64,000 nt of DNA, from assembly GCF_039654945.1 (NCBI RefSeq), contig NW_027361754.1, positions 7,750,001-7,814,000 on the forward strand. Direction: 5' to 3'. Under the pieces are notes generated by a model. It saw nothing but the letters and a program-made list of their open reading frames with translations, did no database searches and was not told the origin of the DNA. Source of the stretch: Dendrobates tinctorius. Taxonomy: Eukaryota. Shown piece after piece: positions 36,452 to 50,095 of this stretch (the stretch's first letter is position 1; the number at the start of each line of letters is the position of its first letter). The position numbers were made by a program, and so were the translations under genes.

Positions 36452-37305
36452 TGTTAGGAGTCAGATTTCTGCTCTGACTATGCAGGAATCTAGACCCTCA
36501 CATTCTGCTGTCTCCTGCTCTCTGTCCACTGCAGAAGAGATTGCAGAGGAGATTGCTTTGCAGCAACTCTCTCTGGAGGTTAAGTCCTTCATCCCATCCT
36601 CTGAGCATGCTCGTGGGACGATCTCCCATTGAAGTTCAGGAGTCAGGTGCTCAGGTCCTGCTCCTGATTCCATTGGTCCAGCTCAGGGTTCTGGAGACTT
36701 CCGGAAGGTCCCGTTCGCTATAAAAAGTGCGCATAGTCATACTTGCTGCTGTGTGTATGTTGATGGATACATGATCTGGTGAATGACTCATTTCAAACCC
36801 CTTTCCTTGGATATTATGACTGTGTGTGGGATTGAGTTATTTAGCCAGTATCAGCGCCAGCGTGCCATTGCTCCAGGCACACATGCTAGCGTCAGACATC
36901 GCGCATGCAGTTCTGCGGTGTCACTCTACGGCACTAGTCACTCCGCGTTGTTGTAGCAGCTTATTTGGGCGTCCGCGGTTGCGACGCTCCACACACGAAT
37001 AGGTACGGTAGGTCTAGACGGATGTAGTACCGCCATTCTGGGCTACTCCTGTGACCGCATTACCACATGTGTTACTCTGAGTACCTGTGACACTAACAGG
37101 CTCAGACTTATTGTGTTTCTCTCTGTGTTGCAGCTCTGTGAGTTATCAGAGATTGCCTGTGTACTCGGGTGACGTCGAACCCTGGGCACACTACCACCAT
37201 ATTGCTCTGTCATCATCTAGCTGCGGTTTTTCCATCCACTGCACGGTGGACCCCGAGCGGCGAACACACTATATTTTTATTTAGTGTGTTCCGCCGTTCT
37301 TAACA
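36452..37305 (+). mobile_element. Solo LTR, 854 bp
   Basis: TGTTA...TAACA ends, perfect 5-bp TSD CAGTC, TATAAAA at about 36719. Confidence 0.85.
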
Positions 37306-37424
37306 CAGTCCATATGAATGTGTTATCTATTGTGTTACATTACAACTAAATGTCAGTAAGAATATCCACAGGATCCTCACTTCTTTTTTTCTAAACTGTA
37401 AATTTTTCTAAACTGTAAATTTGT

Positions 37425-38930
37425 TTACAGTAAATTCCCACCTCTCATCTAACTTGCTCTTTGACAATCTACAATCTGGTTTCCGCCCCCATCACTCCAC
37501 TGAGACAGCCCTGACCAAAATTACTAATGACCTACTTACAGCCAAGGCAAACGGAAAATACTCTATACTCCTGAATCTAGACCTGTCCTTTGCATTCGAC
37601 ACAGTTGACCACTGCCTCCTACTACAGATCCTCTCCTCCTTTGGCATCAAAGACCTCGCCCTATACTGGATCTCCTCATACCTTTCAAACCACACATTCA
37701 GTGTCTCCCACTCCCACACTATCTCCTCATCCCACCCTCTCTCTGTTGGAGTCCCCCAAGGCTCCGTTCTAGGACCGCTACTCTTCTCAATTTATACCCT
37801 TGGCCTGGGTCAACTCATAAAGTCCCATGGATTCCAGTACCACCTTTATGCTGACAACACTCAGATCTACCTCTCCGGCCCAGACGTCACCTCTCTGCTG
37901 TTCAGAATCCCGGAAGTGTCTATCAGCCATAACCTCCTTCTTCTCCTCTCGCTTCCTCAAGCTCAATGTGGACAAATCCGAACTCATCAACTTTCCTCCA
38001 TCTCACAGATCTTCCTTAACTGACCTATCTATCACAATTAATGACATCACACTTTCCTCAGTACCGGAAGTCCACTGCCTCGGAGTAACCCTTGACTCTG
38101 CCCTGTCCTTCAAACCACACATCCAAGCTCTTTCTACCTCCTGTCACCTCCAGTTCAAAAATATTTCCAGAATCCGTCCTTTCCTTCCCTCAATCTACTA
38201 AAATGCTAGTGCACGCCCTCATCATCTCCCGCCTCGACTACTGCAACATCCTTTTCTGTGGTCTCCCTGCGAACACCCTCGCACCTCTCCAGTCCATCCT
38301 TAACTCTGCTGCCCGACTAATTCATCTCTCTCCTCGCTACTCCTCCGCTTCTCCCCTCTGCAAATCTCACTGACTTCCATTCCCTCAGCGTATCCAGTTC
38401 AAATTACTAATGCTGACCTACAAGGCCATCTATAACCTGTCTCCCCCTTATGTCTCTGAACTAATCTCCCGATACCTTACCTCGCGTAATCTCCGATCAT
38501 CCCAAGACCTCCTTCTCTCCTCCACACTTATTCGCTCCTCACCCAACCGCCTCCAAGACTTCTCCCGAATAGCCTCCATCCTCTGGAATTCTTTGCCCCA
38601 ACATGTCCGACTATCAACCACATTCGGATCCTTCAGACGGAACCTGAAAACCCACCTCTTCAAGAAAGCCTACAGCCTGCAATGATCCCACTACCTCCTC
38701 ACCACTCCCGGAGATATCACCTCAACCAACACCGGAACTGCTGCAACCCACCAACCTGCTGTCTGCTTCCCCACCATCCTGTAGCATGTAAGCCCGAAAG
38801 GGCAGAGTCCTCTCCCCTCTGTATCAGTCTGTCATTGTAAGTTTGTTTACTGTAAGTGATATCTGTAATTTGTAGTAACTCCTTATGTACAGCACCATGG
38901 AATCAATGGTGCTATATAAGTAAATAATAA
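37425..38930 (+). pseudogene. 5'-truncated L2 LINE (RT domain + 3' UTR)
   Basis: [54 protein letters not shown]. Frameshifted, with an AAT-rich tail. Confidence 0.92.
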
Positions 38931-39159
38931 TTAATGTTTTATCAATTTTTTGACAAATAAAAGTCAAGACAAGCTTTTACAGTACAAAACAGATGAAATT
39001 ACTCTCCAACCAAACTACAGGATAAACAAACAATTTATCGAGCATGTAACCCTAGTTTGTACAAACAGAAAGACAGGACACACACCATAAGGAAAGGAAA
39101 AGAAGAGGAGAAAGCAAGTACCAGAGGGAGGGTGGATCAAGCATTCTAGTACTGACTTA

Positions 39160-39420
39160 GGCTAGGTTCAGATTTGCGGATGTCAGAGCTGTGGAGGGCT
39201 GCGTAGTTCCTCCGTGAAGCTCCGCCCACGGCCGCACCTTCTCCGTTCAGCTCTGCCTACGTATGCATGCAGCCTGCGTACCTAATTTTAACATTTGGTA
39301 CGCAGGCCATGTATGCAGATGTGTACGCATGCGTCGTTTTGACGCTGCGGTGACTGCAACATGTTGCATTCAACGCAGGTCGCCACAGCATCACAACGAT
39401 GCATGCGGATGCATTCGCAT
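39160..39420. mobile_element. Harbinger-type MITE left fragment
   Basis: TTA + GGCTAGGTTCA terminus and GCATGC/ACGCA-rich palindromes. Confidence 0.45.
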
Positions 39421-39829
39421 ACATCCCCATGGCCTGCGCCCAGAAGTAATCCCATGGAGCCCAGACCAAGGGGCATATCTGGGGGGCAGCTGGGGCATAT
39501 GCAGAGGGGCGCAGTCGAGCCGCCTGCTGCGGTGGTGCGCAGTGTCTCCACTGGCGGCTGCATTCTGCCCGCCCCCAGACTGTGAGTCAGCTGTTCTCTG
39601 TACCGGCTGTCAAGCTGACAGCCGGAACAGAGAAGCTGCAGCATGCCGGCTCCTAGGGATCAATTGTAGTCGCGTCTGAAGACATGAGTACAATTGAAGC
39701 TCTGACCGATGCCAGCAGCATGATCAGATCATATGATCACCCTGCTGACATCACTTGCCACCCTGCAGACAGAGGCACACATTGTTGATAAGTGCTGCAG
39801 TGGAGCTGACGACACCAAAGATTAAGTGC

Positions 39830-40190
39830 TTCAGGGGGGATTGGAGTGGAGATGGGGGCATGTAATGTCTGTGGGGAGATTTGGAGAGGGGATGCGGGCA
39901 TGTAATGTGTGTGGGGAGATTTGGAGTGGGGATAGGGGCATTCAATGCGTGTGGAGAGATTTGGAGTGGGGATGGGGGCATTTAATGTGTGTGTGGAGAT
40001 TTGGAGTGGGGATGGGGCATTTAATGTATGTGGGGAGATTTGGAGTGGGGCATTTAATCTGTGTGGGGTGATTTGGAGTGGGGATGGGGGATTTAATGTA
40101 TGGGGTAAGATATGGAGTGGGGATGGAGGGATTTAATGTAAGGGGTGAGATTTGGACTGGGGATGGAGGATTTAATGTGTGTGGGGGATT
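39830..40190. repeat. G-rich minisatellite, unit about 39 bp
   Basis: GGAGATTTGGAGTGGGGATGGGGGCATTTAATGTGTGTG-like units. Confidence 0.9.
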
Positions 40191-40419
40191 TGAGGACACA
40201 CAATGAGAAGCAAAGGGGGAGATGCAGAGCATGTATGAGTAAACAGTATGGGAGGCATGGACGAGGACAGTATGGAGGAATGAGGGGTATGTATGAGGAA
40301 ACAGTATGACAGATGGGTGCAGACACAGTATGGTGAGTGGGGGAATGGATGCAGACAGTATGGGGAGCGAACAGGGGAATGTATGCAGACACAGTATGAG
40401 TAGCAATGGGAAAAATGTA

Positions 40420-41017
40420 CAGCTCTGGCAAAAATTAAGAGACCACTTTCAAATGTTCAGTTTGTCTGATGTTTCACTTTATAGGTATATTTTTTAGTAA
40501 AATGTAAATTGTTCTTTTAGTCTACAAAATTCTGACAACATGTCTCCAAATTTCTAAGCAAAAAATTGTGTTTTTTTTTCTGAAAAGTAGAAATGGTCAA
40601 AATTTGAAAAAAAAACAAAAAACCCCAGTGCTTTCAGACCTCAAATAATGCAAAGAAAACTAGTTCATAATCATTTAGAAACAATAATAGTAATGTTTTA
40701 ACTCAGGAAGAGTTCAGAAATCAATATTTTGTGGAATAACCATGTTAAACTGTAAAGCGCTGCAGAATATGTTGGCGCTATAAAAATAAAGATTATTATT
40801 ATTAGATTTATAAAAACAGCTTTCATGTATCTTCGCATGCTTGCCACCAGTCTTTCACACTGCTTCTGGCGCAAAAATGTAAGCAGTTCTTCTTTGATGG
40901 CTTGTGACAAGCCATCATCCTCTTGGTTACATTGTTTTCAATTGGGTTCAGGTCTGGAAAATGGGCTGCCCATGACAGGGTTTTGATGTGGTAGTTTCTT
41001 ACTTTTTGCCAGAGCTG
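40420..41017. mobile_element. Internally deleted Tc1-type element containing a short L2/SINE-type tail (about 40743-40804)
   Basis: TA + CAGCTCTGGCAAAAA ... TTTTTGCCAGAGCTG + TA. Confidence 0.85.
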
Positions 41018-41021
41018 TATG

Positions 41022-43506
41022 CAGAGGCGTATCTAGGCTTTCTGGCACCCGGGGCAAGAATTTGGTTCGGCGCCCCCCCCCCCAAGTACATATGCGACTT
41101 GCACAGTTAGTCATGTACCCACGAGCTGCCCTCCCTAATGCTCTCAATGTTCAGTAAAAAACTGAAAGCAGGAAGAGAAGCTCGTTGTCACAGGACCATA
41201 ACTATGAAAATCGCATATGAGTGAAGTGTCCATGTGATGAGTACTGGAACCTGCAGAGCTGAATCCTGACATTGCAGCTTCTGAATCTCACAACGAATGC
41301 ACTGCATGCTTTTAGGATTCTCCCTTGCCGATGTACAGTCATGTCAGCACAAGTATGTGATTTGTATACTTCTGGCCACATTCCAACTAGACGTGCCCGA
41401 TCTCGCTCCGTTCACTTTCATTGAGTGAGGCCACACATGTCTAGTCAGCATGTGACCGTATGTATGTAAATTACCGGCCTGAGAGAATCCTGACAGCGTT
41501 CAGTGAGCACTGTGAGAATTCAGAAGTCTGCAGTCACATAGAATGTCTGCAGACTCAGCACAAACCTGGACAAACTCTTTAATGTTCCTAACAAATAAAA
41601 ACATGAGAATTAGTCAGTATCACAAATAACATTTACATCCAGGTACCTTATAGATGACGTCGTCTCTGCAGTCGGTCTCCTTTTCTTCTTCTTGTCCAGA
41701 CCCCATGATGAGTTTTCTCATCCACAGCCGTCTCTGCAGACTTCCATCTTCTCCGGTCTTCTGCAGCAAATCCCCACACGATGCCCTTAAAGATAGAAGT
41801 GTCATTATAATGCCCCTAAATACAAATATCTGCAATATACTGTCACCACACACTATTCCCCTCCCTCCTCATACTGTCTCCTCTAACATCCCTCCTGTTC
41901 ACCATACTGTCTCCTCATATATTTACCCCCTCACTCTCTATACTGTCTGCTCACACATATCCCCGACTCCCCATACTGTGTCCACATGCATTCACCCGTT
42001 CGCACCCCTTACTGTCTGCACCCATCCCCCATACTCTTTCCTCATACATACTCTTCATTTTGTGTCCTCAAATCTCCCCACATACATTAAATACCATCCC
42101 CACTCCAAATCCCCCCATCCCCAATCCCCCACACACATTAAGTACCCCCCATCCCCACTCAATAACCCCTCGTCCCTACTCCCAAATCCCCCCACACATT
42201 ATGTACCCCCAACTCCAATTCCCCCATCCCCAATCCCCCACACACATTAAGTACACCCATCCCCACTCAATAACCCCTCGTCCCTACTCCCAAATCCCCC
42301 CACACATTATGTACCCCCACTCCAAATCCCCCCACACATTATGTACCCCCCACTCCAAATCCCCCACACACATTAAGTACACCCATCCCCACTCAATAAC
42401 CCCTCGTCCCTACTCCCAAATCCCCCCACACATTATGTACCCCCACTCCAAATCCCCCCACACATTATGTACCCCCCACTCCAAATCCCCCCATTCCCAA
42501 TCCCCCACACACATTAAGTACACCCATCCCCACTCAATAACCCCTCGTCCCTACTCCCAAATCCCCACACACATTATGTACCCCCACTCCAAATCCCCCC
42601 ACACATTAACCCCCATCCCCACTCATTAACCCCTCCACACATTAATCCCCCATCTCCACTCATTAATCCCCCATCTCCACTCATTAATCCCAATCCCCAC
42701 ATTAACCCCCCACTAATTAACCCCCACATTAATCCCATCTCCACTCATTAACCCCCACACATTAACCCCCATCTCCACACATTAACCCCCCACTCATTAA
42801 CCCCCATCCCCACATTAATCCCATCTCCACTCATTAACCCCCATCTCCACTCATTAACCCCCACACATTAACCCCCCCACTCATTAACCCCCATCCCCAC
42901 ATTAACCCCCATCTCCACTCATTAACCCCCACACATTAACCCCCATCTCCACTCATTAACCCCCACACATTAACCCCCATCCCCATACATTAACCCCCAT
43001 CCCCACATTAACCCCCATCTCCACTCATTAACCCCCATTCCCACATTAAGCCCCATCTCCGCTCATTAACCCCCATCTCCACTCATGAGCACCCCCCCAT
43101 CTCCCATCTTCGGTGGTTCTTCAGCTCCACAGAGGAGCACACTTACCACCAGCGTTCGCTCTGGGCGCCGGGAGTGACGTCAGCAGCGTGATCACATGAC
43201 CTGATCACGCTGCTGACGTCGCTCTGACCCGGCGGTCAGAGCTTCAATTGTACTGGCGTCTGTATAGACGCCAAGTACAATTGCTGCCTGGGAGTCGGCG
43301 TGGCCTCCTTCTCTGCGTCGGCTGTCAGCTTGACAGCCGACACAGAGAACCGCCGACTCCCAGGACTGGTAGCGGCAGAACGCAGCCGCCGGGGGGGGGA
43401 GATACTGCGGACCGCTGCATTAGGTGGCCGGGCGGCCCGACTGCGCCCCCCTGCTGCCTGCGCCCGGGGCAACTGCCCCGGCTGCCCCCCCCTGGATACG
43501 CCACTG
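41022..43506 (+). mobile_element. Non-autonomous hAT element, 2485 bp
   Basis: TIRs CAGAGGCGTATCTAGG / CCTGGATACGCCACTG and a perfect 8-bp TSD GCTGTATG. Confidence 0.9.
42070..43095. repeat. C-rich compound minisatellite turning into CATTAACCCCC units
   Basis: Seen directly. Confidence 0.9.
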
Positions 43507-46500
43507 GCTGTATGTGGATAAAGTATGGGAAGTGAGGGTGATGGGATGTGTGCAGACACAGTATGGAGAATCAGTGGTATGTAGAGAGTGAGGGGGTAAA
43601 TATATGAGGAGACAGTATGGTGAACAGGTGGGATGAGAGAGGAGACAGTATGAGGAGGGAGGGGAATAGTGTGAGGCAACAGTATGGGGGGAGAAAAGTG
43701 AGTGGGCACAGAATAGAGAATGAGTAGTGGGGGCGTAGCATGGGGGGAAAGTGTAAGGGTACAGCCAGGAGGGGACAGTATACCAAGGAGGGGGAGTGTG
43801 ATGAAAGGGTACAGCTGAGCCCTATAGGGATGACACAGTGTGGGAACATCGTGTGAAAAGGGGTCCAGTATGGAAAGAGGTCAGTGTGAAAAGCATGTAC
43901 CATAAGAGGGACAGCGTGGGGCTATATTTTGTGTAGACAATATAGTGAGGGGCAATTATTTATTCAGGGGATCAGCATAGGGCACATATTTTTTATTCAG
44001 GAGCATTATAATGACACTGTTATCTTTAAGGGCATCATGTGGAGATTTGCTGCAGAAGACCGGAAAAGTAAGTCTGCAGAAACGGCTGTGGATGAGAAAA
44101 CTCATCATGGGGTCTGGACAAGATGAAGAAAAGAAGGAGAATGACTCCAGAGACGACGTCATCTATAAGGTACCTGGATGTGAATATTAATTGTGAAACT
44201 GACTAATTCTCATGTTTTTATTTATTTTAGAAGCATTAAAGGGGTTGTCTAGGACTGTGATGAGTCTGCAGTCATTCTATGTGACTGCAGGCTTCTGAGT
44301 TCTCACAGTGCTCACTGAACGCTGTTAGGATTCTCTTGTGCCTGCGATTTACATGCATGCGGTCACGTGCTGACTAGGCATGTGTGGCCTCACTCAATGA
44401 AAATGAATGGAGCGAGGTCGGGCAAGTTTAGTCGGAATGTGGCCAGAAGTATACAAATCACATGCTTGTGCTGACATGACTGTCCACTCTTGCCACCAGC
44501 AACGGAGAATCCAAAAAGTGTGCAGTGCATGCGTTGTGAGAATTCAGAAGCCTGCAATGTCAGGATTCAGCTCTGCAGGTTTCAGTACTCATCACATGGA
44601 CACTTCACTCATATGCGACTTTCATACTTATGGTCCTGTGACAATGAGCTTCTCTTCCTGCTTCTCTCAGTTTTTCACTGAACATTGAGAGCATTAGGAA
44701 GATCAGCTCGTTGGTACATTACTTTGTGTGCAATTGCATATGTACATGGGGGGGAGGGCGAATGGAATTCTTGCCCTGGGTGTCAGAAAGCTCTGCCCAG
44801 ACCGAGTCAAAATTCTCCACACTCGCATTTAGAATCGCGGCAGTAATAATGTCTAATAGTAATTTTGTTGACTTTTTCCTCATCATTTAGGAGTGAGATG
44901 TAGCAGGTATATAGTCGGGTCCAGCCCCACTTCAGCAAAAAGACCCTTGGAAATCAACAAACCCACCTCCCTCCAAAAACTCCCAGTGATAAAGCGTGCC
45001 CACATCGGAGGCGCAACGCCAGCACAAATTTGGTATTGAGGGATTCAGTCTGTGAAGGAGGTCAGGAGTGTGGAACCAGAAAATTAATATCTTATACTGA
45101 TTTTCCTTGTAAAGGGTGCAAATAGATGACTTAGCCGCCTTTTCCCAGATGGTGTGCCAGTTTTGGGGCGAGAGTTCCTTTTCCAGAATAGATTGCCATT
45201 TGCACATGTAGGAGTGTTTTGGTTGATGACCATCTTGGGGAGAACTCAGAATTTTATATATTTCTGAAATGAAACCTTCTCCTGCAAATCCTCTCAAAGT
45301 CTGTCGGCAGGGAGTCTCCCAAAGAGCCAACAAGGGAAAAGGCAAAATGTTTAATCTGCAAGTACTGATAAAATTATTTATTAGTAATAGAAAATTTAGG
45401 TTTGAAGTCATCAAATGAAAGAAGATCTAGCATATCCCTGTCTACCACGTCCGCAAATCTAAACAAGCCCGCAGAGGACCAAGGATGGGCCATTGCATGC
45501 TCAAGACTGCTTGGCAGCAGGGGTTGAAATATAAATGAAATCATAGGCGAATTAGAAGAGGTCAGACCAAACTTCCTCATACAAGAGAGCCAGATCTCCC
45601 TCGTGAATCGAACCCAATAGGGGCTTCAGAGTTACAGTGGTCCTTTTTAGCCAAAGGAGAGAATTGGATGAATTGGCACCAACCATAATTTCTCTATTTC
45701 TGTCCACTTATTGTACGCCCAAAATGAAGCCCATGAAGGGATTCTACAAAGGGGAGCGGCCAAGTAATATTTAATAATATCAGGGACCGATAGGCCCCTC
45801 TGTGATTTAGGGAGACGAGGACACGCTTAGAGATCCGATGACGTCCATCTTTCCAAATGAACCGCATCATAGCTGCCTGGAGAGACTTAAGCTCACTCAT
45901 GGGAACCCTGACCGGCAAGGTCTCAAAATAATAAAGTAGTTAGGAGGGACATCTTAAGACAGGAAATCCTGCCAATTAATGAAAGCAAGAGTGGCTTCCA
46001 TTTGTCCAACAACCTCTTTAACTCATTCAGAAGTGGTGGAAAATTGGAGTTATATAGATTACTGTAAGAGGAAGATAGATTAACCCCCAAACATTTAATA
46101 GTCTCAGCTTTCCATCTGAATTTAAAATTTAATTTTAAGTGATCCAGTACGTCAGGTGAGATATTTAATGGGAGGGCCTCTGTTTTTGAAGTGTTCAGCT
46201 TATACCCCGATAATTCCCCGTATTTTTTAAGATCCTCCATCAGGTTAGGCAGCGTAATATGTATATTGGTCAGGGTCAAAAGGACATCATCCACAAATAA
46301 GGAAATCTTAAACATCTTATCGCGTACCTCTACACCTAATATGTTTGGATTTTGCCTAGTCATCGCCACTGGCGGCTCTATGCATAAAACGGATAATAGG
46401 GACGATAAAGGGCAGCCTTGACCGGTCCCATCTGACATTTAAAATGAAGGAGAAGTGCAAAAAGGAAGCCTAATTGAGGCAGAAGGGGTGCTATATAATA

Positions 46501-46989
46501 CTCCAATAGCTGACAAAAAGGGCCCGAAGAGCCAAAAGCCTTTAGAGTCTCGAAACAAAAAGGACCAATTAAGGCGATCAAATGCCTTTTCTGCATCTAA
46601 GCTTAATATAAGAGACTGTAATTTGATTTTATTAGCAACATCAATTAGGTCTATTGCCCTTCTAGTGTTGTCTCTCCCCTGCCGGTTAGGGACGAAACCC
46701 ACCTGATCCTTGTTGATAAGCTGGGGAAGCCAGCAGTTCAATCTATTAGCCAGTAAGCGGGTGAATATTTTAAAATCAGAGTTTAACAACGCTATTGGGC
46801 AATAGTTTGAAAAGTCCAGAGGATCCTTCCTCGATTTTGGGATAAGAACCAGATAGTAATGTGCTTTAAAAATTCCATAATAACAGGGTCTGTACCACAG
46901 GACTGGCGTATAGCAAATGTGGTGCCAATATTCAAAAACTGAATTTGGAAATTATAGGCCATCCAGGTTAACCCTAAAACCACCTAATC

Positions 46990-47989
46990 CCAGAAACTCA
47001 GCAGACCATGACATATACAGTATATGCCCCATATGCTGCTCCATAAAGGTTGATGGCCCCATAAGATGCTCCATATAATGCATAAAGATTATGGCCCCTT
47101 AAGATGCTCAATAGAATGTGCCCCATATGCTGCTCCATATATCTTGATGGCCCCATAACATGCTCCATAGAATATGCCCCATAGGCTGCTCCATAAAGGT
47201 TATAGCCCCATAAGATGCTCCATAGAATATGCCCCATATGCTACTCCATAAAGGTTATGGCCCCATAAGATGATCCATAGAATATGCCCCATATGCTGCG
47301 ATTAAAAAAAAAATGACATAGTCACCTCTCGTCGTTGGGGGCCAGGTGCCGTTGTCATGAGCAGGTGGGGACACCGGCGCGCTATGGGGGCTAGGTGCCG
47401 CTGTTGCCGCTGGCTCAGGGCCCCTGCACCTGCAATATTCACCTGTCCCCGTTCCACTGCTGCTCACTGCTCTGTCTTCCGGGTCCTCTGTCACTGACTG
47501 TTCAGGCAGAGGGCGCGCACTAACTACGTCATCGCGCCCTCTGACCTGAAGGTCACAGCCAGAGGACACAGAGGACAGAGCAGCGTGCGGCAGTGGAACA
47601 GGGTCAGCTGAATATCGCATATGCTCCCCCTGTCATACTCACCCCCTCCTGGTGCATCTTTGCAGTCCCTGCTTCTCCTATGTCGGCAGTTCCTTCCAGT
47701 GTTCAGTAGTCACGTGGTACCACTCATTAAAGTAATGAATATGCGCATATTCATTACTTTAATGAGCGGTACCACGTGTCCACTGAACACAGGAAGAGCT
47801 GCGGTGCCGGAGACAATCTGAGAAGCAGGGGCTGCAGAGACCGCGCCAAGAGAGGGTGAGTATGATCTGACAGCCACATTCCCCTCACCTGCCGATCCCC
47901 GGGACAATGACTCGAGTATAAGTCAAGAGGGGCACTTTCAGCCTTAAAAAATGGGCTGAAAATCTCGGCTTATACTCGAGTATATACAG
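46990..47989. mobile_element. Right part of a TA-target (pogo-like) non-autonomous element with a minisatellite at 47020-47300
   Basis: Ends CTCGGCTTATACTCGAGTATATACAG + TA, with GCCCCATA..ATGCTCCATA repeats. Confidence 0.6.
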
Positions 47990-48688
47990 TAAGTTCTGAT
48001 CTGGATCAAGGAAACGCAGTGGACGTGATGTTTATGGACTTTTCAAAAGCTTTCGATACGGTGCCACACAAAAGGTTGATACATAAAATGAGAACAATGG
48101 GGATAGGGGAAAATACATGCAAGTGGGTTAAGAACTGGCTCAGAGATAAGAAGCAAAGGGTGGTTAATAATGGAACACACTCGGACTGGGTCGCAGTTAG
48201 CACTGGGGTACCACAGGGGTCAGTATTGGGCACACTTCTTTTTAACATATTTATTAATGACCTTGTAAGGGGCATATAGAGTAGAATTTCAATATTTGCA
48301 GCGGACACTAAACTCTGCAGGGTAATCAATACAAAGGAGGACAATTTTACATTACAGGAGGATTTATGTAAACTAGAAGCTTGGGCTGATAAATGGCAAA
48401 TGAGCTTTAATGGGGATAAATGTAAGGTCATGCACTTAGACTGAGGAAATAAGATGTATAATTATGTGCCCAATTGTAAAACACTGGGCAAAACTGTCAT
48501 TGAAAAAGACCTGGGTGTATGGGTGGACGACAAACTCACATTTAGTGGCCAGTGTCAGGCAGCTGCTGCAAAGGCAAATAAAGTAATGGGATGCATTAAA
48601 AGAGGCATAGGTGCTCATGAGGAGAACATCATTTTATCTGTATATAAGTTACTAGTGCGACCACACTTAAAATACTGTGTACAGTTTT

Positions 48689-49402
48689 TGTGACGTCCGT
48701 CCGCGGATCTGGACTGCAGTAGGGACAGCACCCCGAGAAACCCCGAGACCCTTAACCCCTATACAGGGATCTGGAATTGTTGCAAGGCCAAGGGGGTGAC
48801 TGTCTAGAAGCAGTGCGCCAGAGCAGGACGGACGCCAATAGGGAAGAAGGCAGGGAGCCAAAAACGTAGTCAGAAACCGGGCGAGCAGCAGAGGTACAGA
48901 AACGGCAGGCAGTGGCAGAGTCGAGAGTCCAGGCCAAGGTCACAAAATGGGAGAATAGCAGAGGTACAAAATCGTCAGGCAGTAGAGGGGTCAGAAATCC
49001 AGGCTGAGGTCATAGTCAAACAATAGTAAATCACACAGTAGCACATAGGGGAACCAAGAATATATCTGGCGGCTTGCAAGACCAGTTCCAAGGTATCTGA
49101 GGGATCAGGTCATCCCTCACAGGCTCCCGGACTGATGATGTCATCAGGACTGCCCCCAGGACCAGGCCAGATGGCGATGCACCAACCCCTCCATGACCGA
49201 CCGAGGAGCGGAGCCTGCGTCCATCAGATGCCTGCGCAGAAGCCCCTTCTCTGTCGCCACCATCACTCGGGGCCAACCACGGTGCCTCCCAGTGGCCGAG
49301 GCAGGAACAGCAGGCCCCAAGTCTGACGGCGATGTGACAGTCCGGCGCCTCCTAGTGGCCTAGGCCGGGACAGCAGGCCCCGAGTCTGACGGCGACGTGA
49401 CA
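48689..49402 (-). mobile_element. Solo LTR, 714 bp, inserted in CR1
   Basis: TGTGACG...CGTGACA ends. The 5-bp TSD GTTTT restores the CR1 CVQFWSP motif. Confidence 0.9.
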
Positions 49403-50095
49403 GTTTTGGTCTCCAGTGTATAAGAAAGACATAGCTGAACTAGAGCGGGTGCAGAGAATAGCGACCAAGGTTATTAAAGTACTGGGGGGTCTGCAATACA
49501 AGACAGATTATTACACTTGGGGTTAGTTTGGAAAAATGAAAGCTTAGGGGTGATCTTATTTTAATGTATAAATATATGAGGGGACAGTACAAAGACCTTT
49601 CTAATGATCTTTTTACTCTTAGACCTGAGACAGGGACAAGGGGGCACCCTCTACGTCTGGAGTAAAGAAGGTTTAATCATAATCACAGATGCAGATTCTT
49701 TACTGTAAAAGCAGTGAGACTATGGAACTTTCTGCTGTATGATGTTGTAATGAGTGATTTACTACTAAAATTTAAGAAGGGCCTGGATGCCTTTCTTGAA
49801 GAGTATAATATTACAGGTTATATATACTAGATTCCTTGATAGTGTGTTGATCTAGGGATCTAGTCTGATTGCCATAGGTGGAGTTGGGATGGAATTTTTT
49901 CCCCAATGTGGAGTTTAGTGTTTGCCACAGGGATTTATTTTTCCTTCCTCTGGAACAACAGGTTAGGCTATGGGTTGAACTAAATGGACTTCAACCTTAA
50001 AAACTATGTTACTATGTAGTGTATCCTCTAGAAAGGAATTAAAGAGTTTGACCATATGAGGAGAGAGCTCCTCTGCAAAGGTTTTGTAGGTCAAA

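Larger units (their letters stand above)
39460..44795 (-). mobile_element. Older non-autonomous hAT element of the same family as 41022-43506, in the opposite orientation
   Basis: 43510-44795 is an inverted homologue of about 41035-42050. 39460-40200 is an inverted homologue of about 42070-43500. Confidence 0.7.
46862..50018 (+). mobile_element. 5'-truncated CR1 LINE inserted in L1
   Basis: [58 protein letters not shown]. The 3' tail is ACTATGTTACTATGT. Confidence 0.9.

Noticed and set aside
42600-43095. Interstitial telomere
   Set aside because: The unit is not TTAGGG/CCCTAA and derives from the element's own minisatellite.
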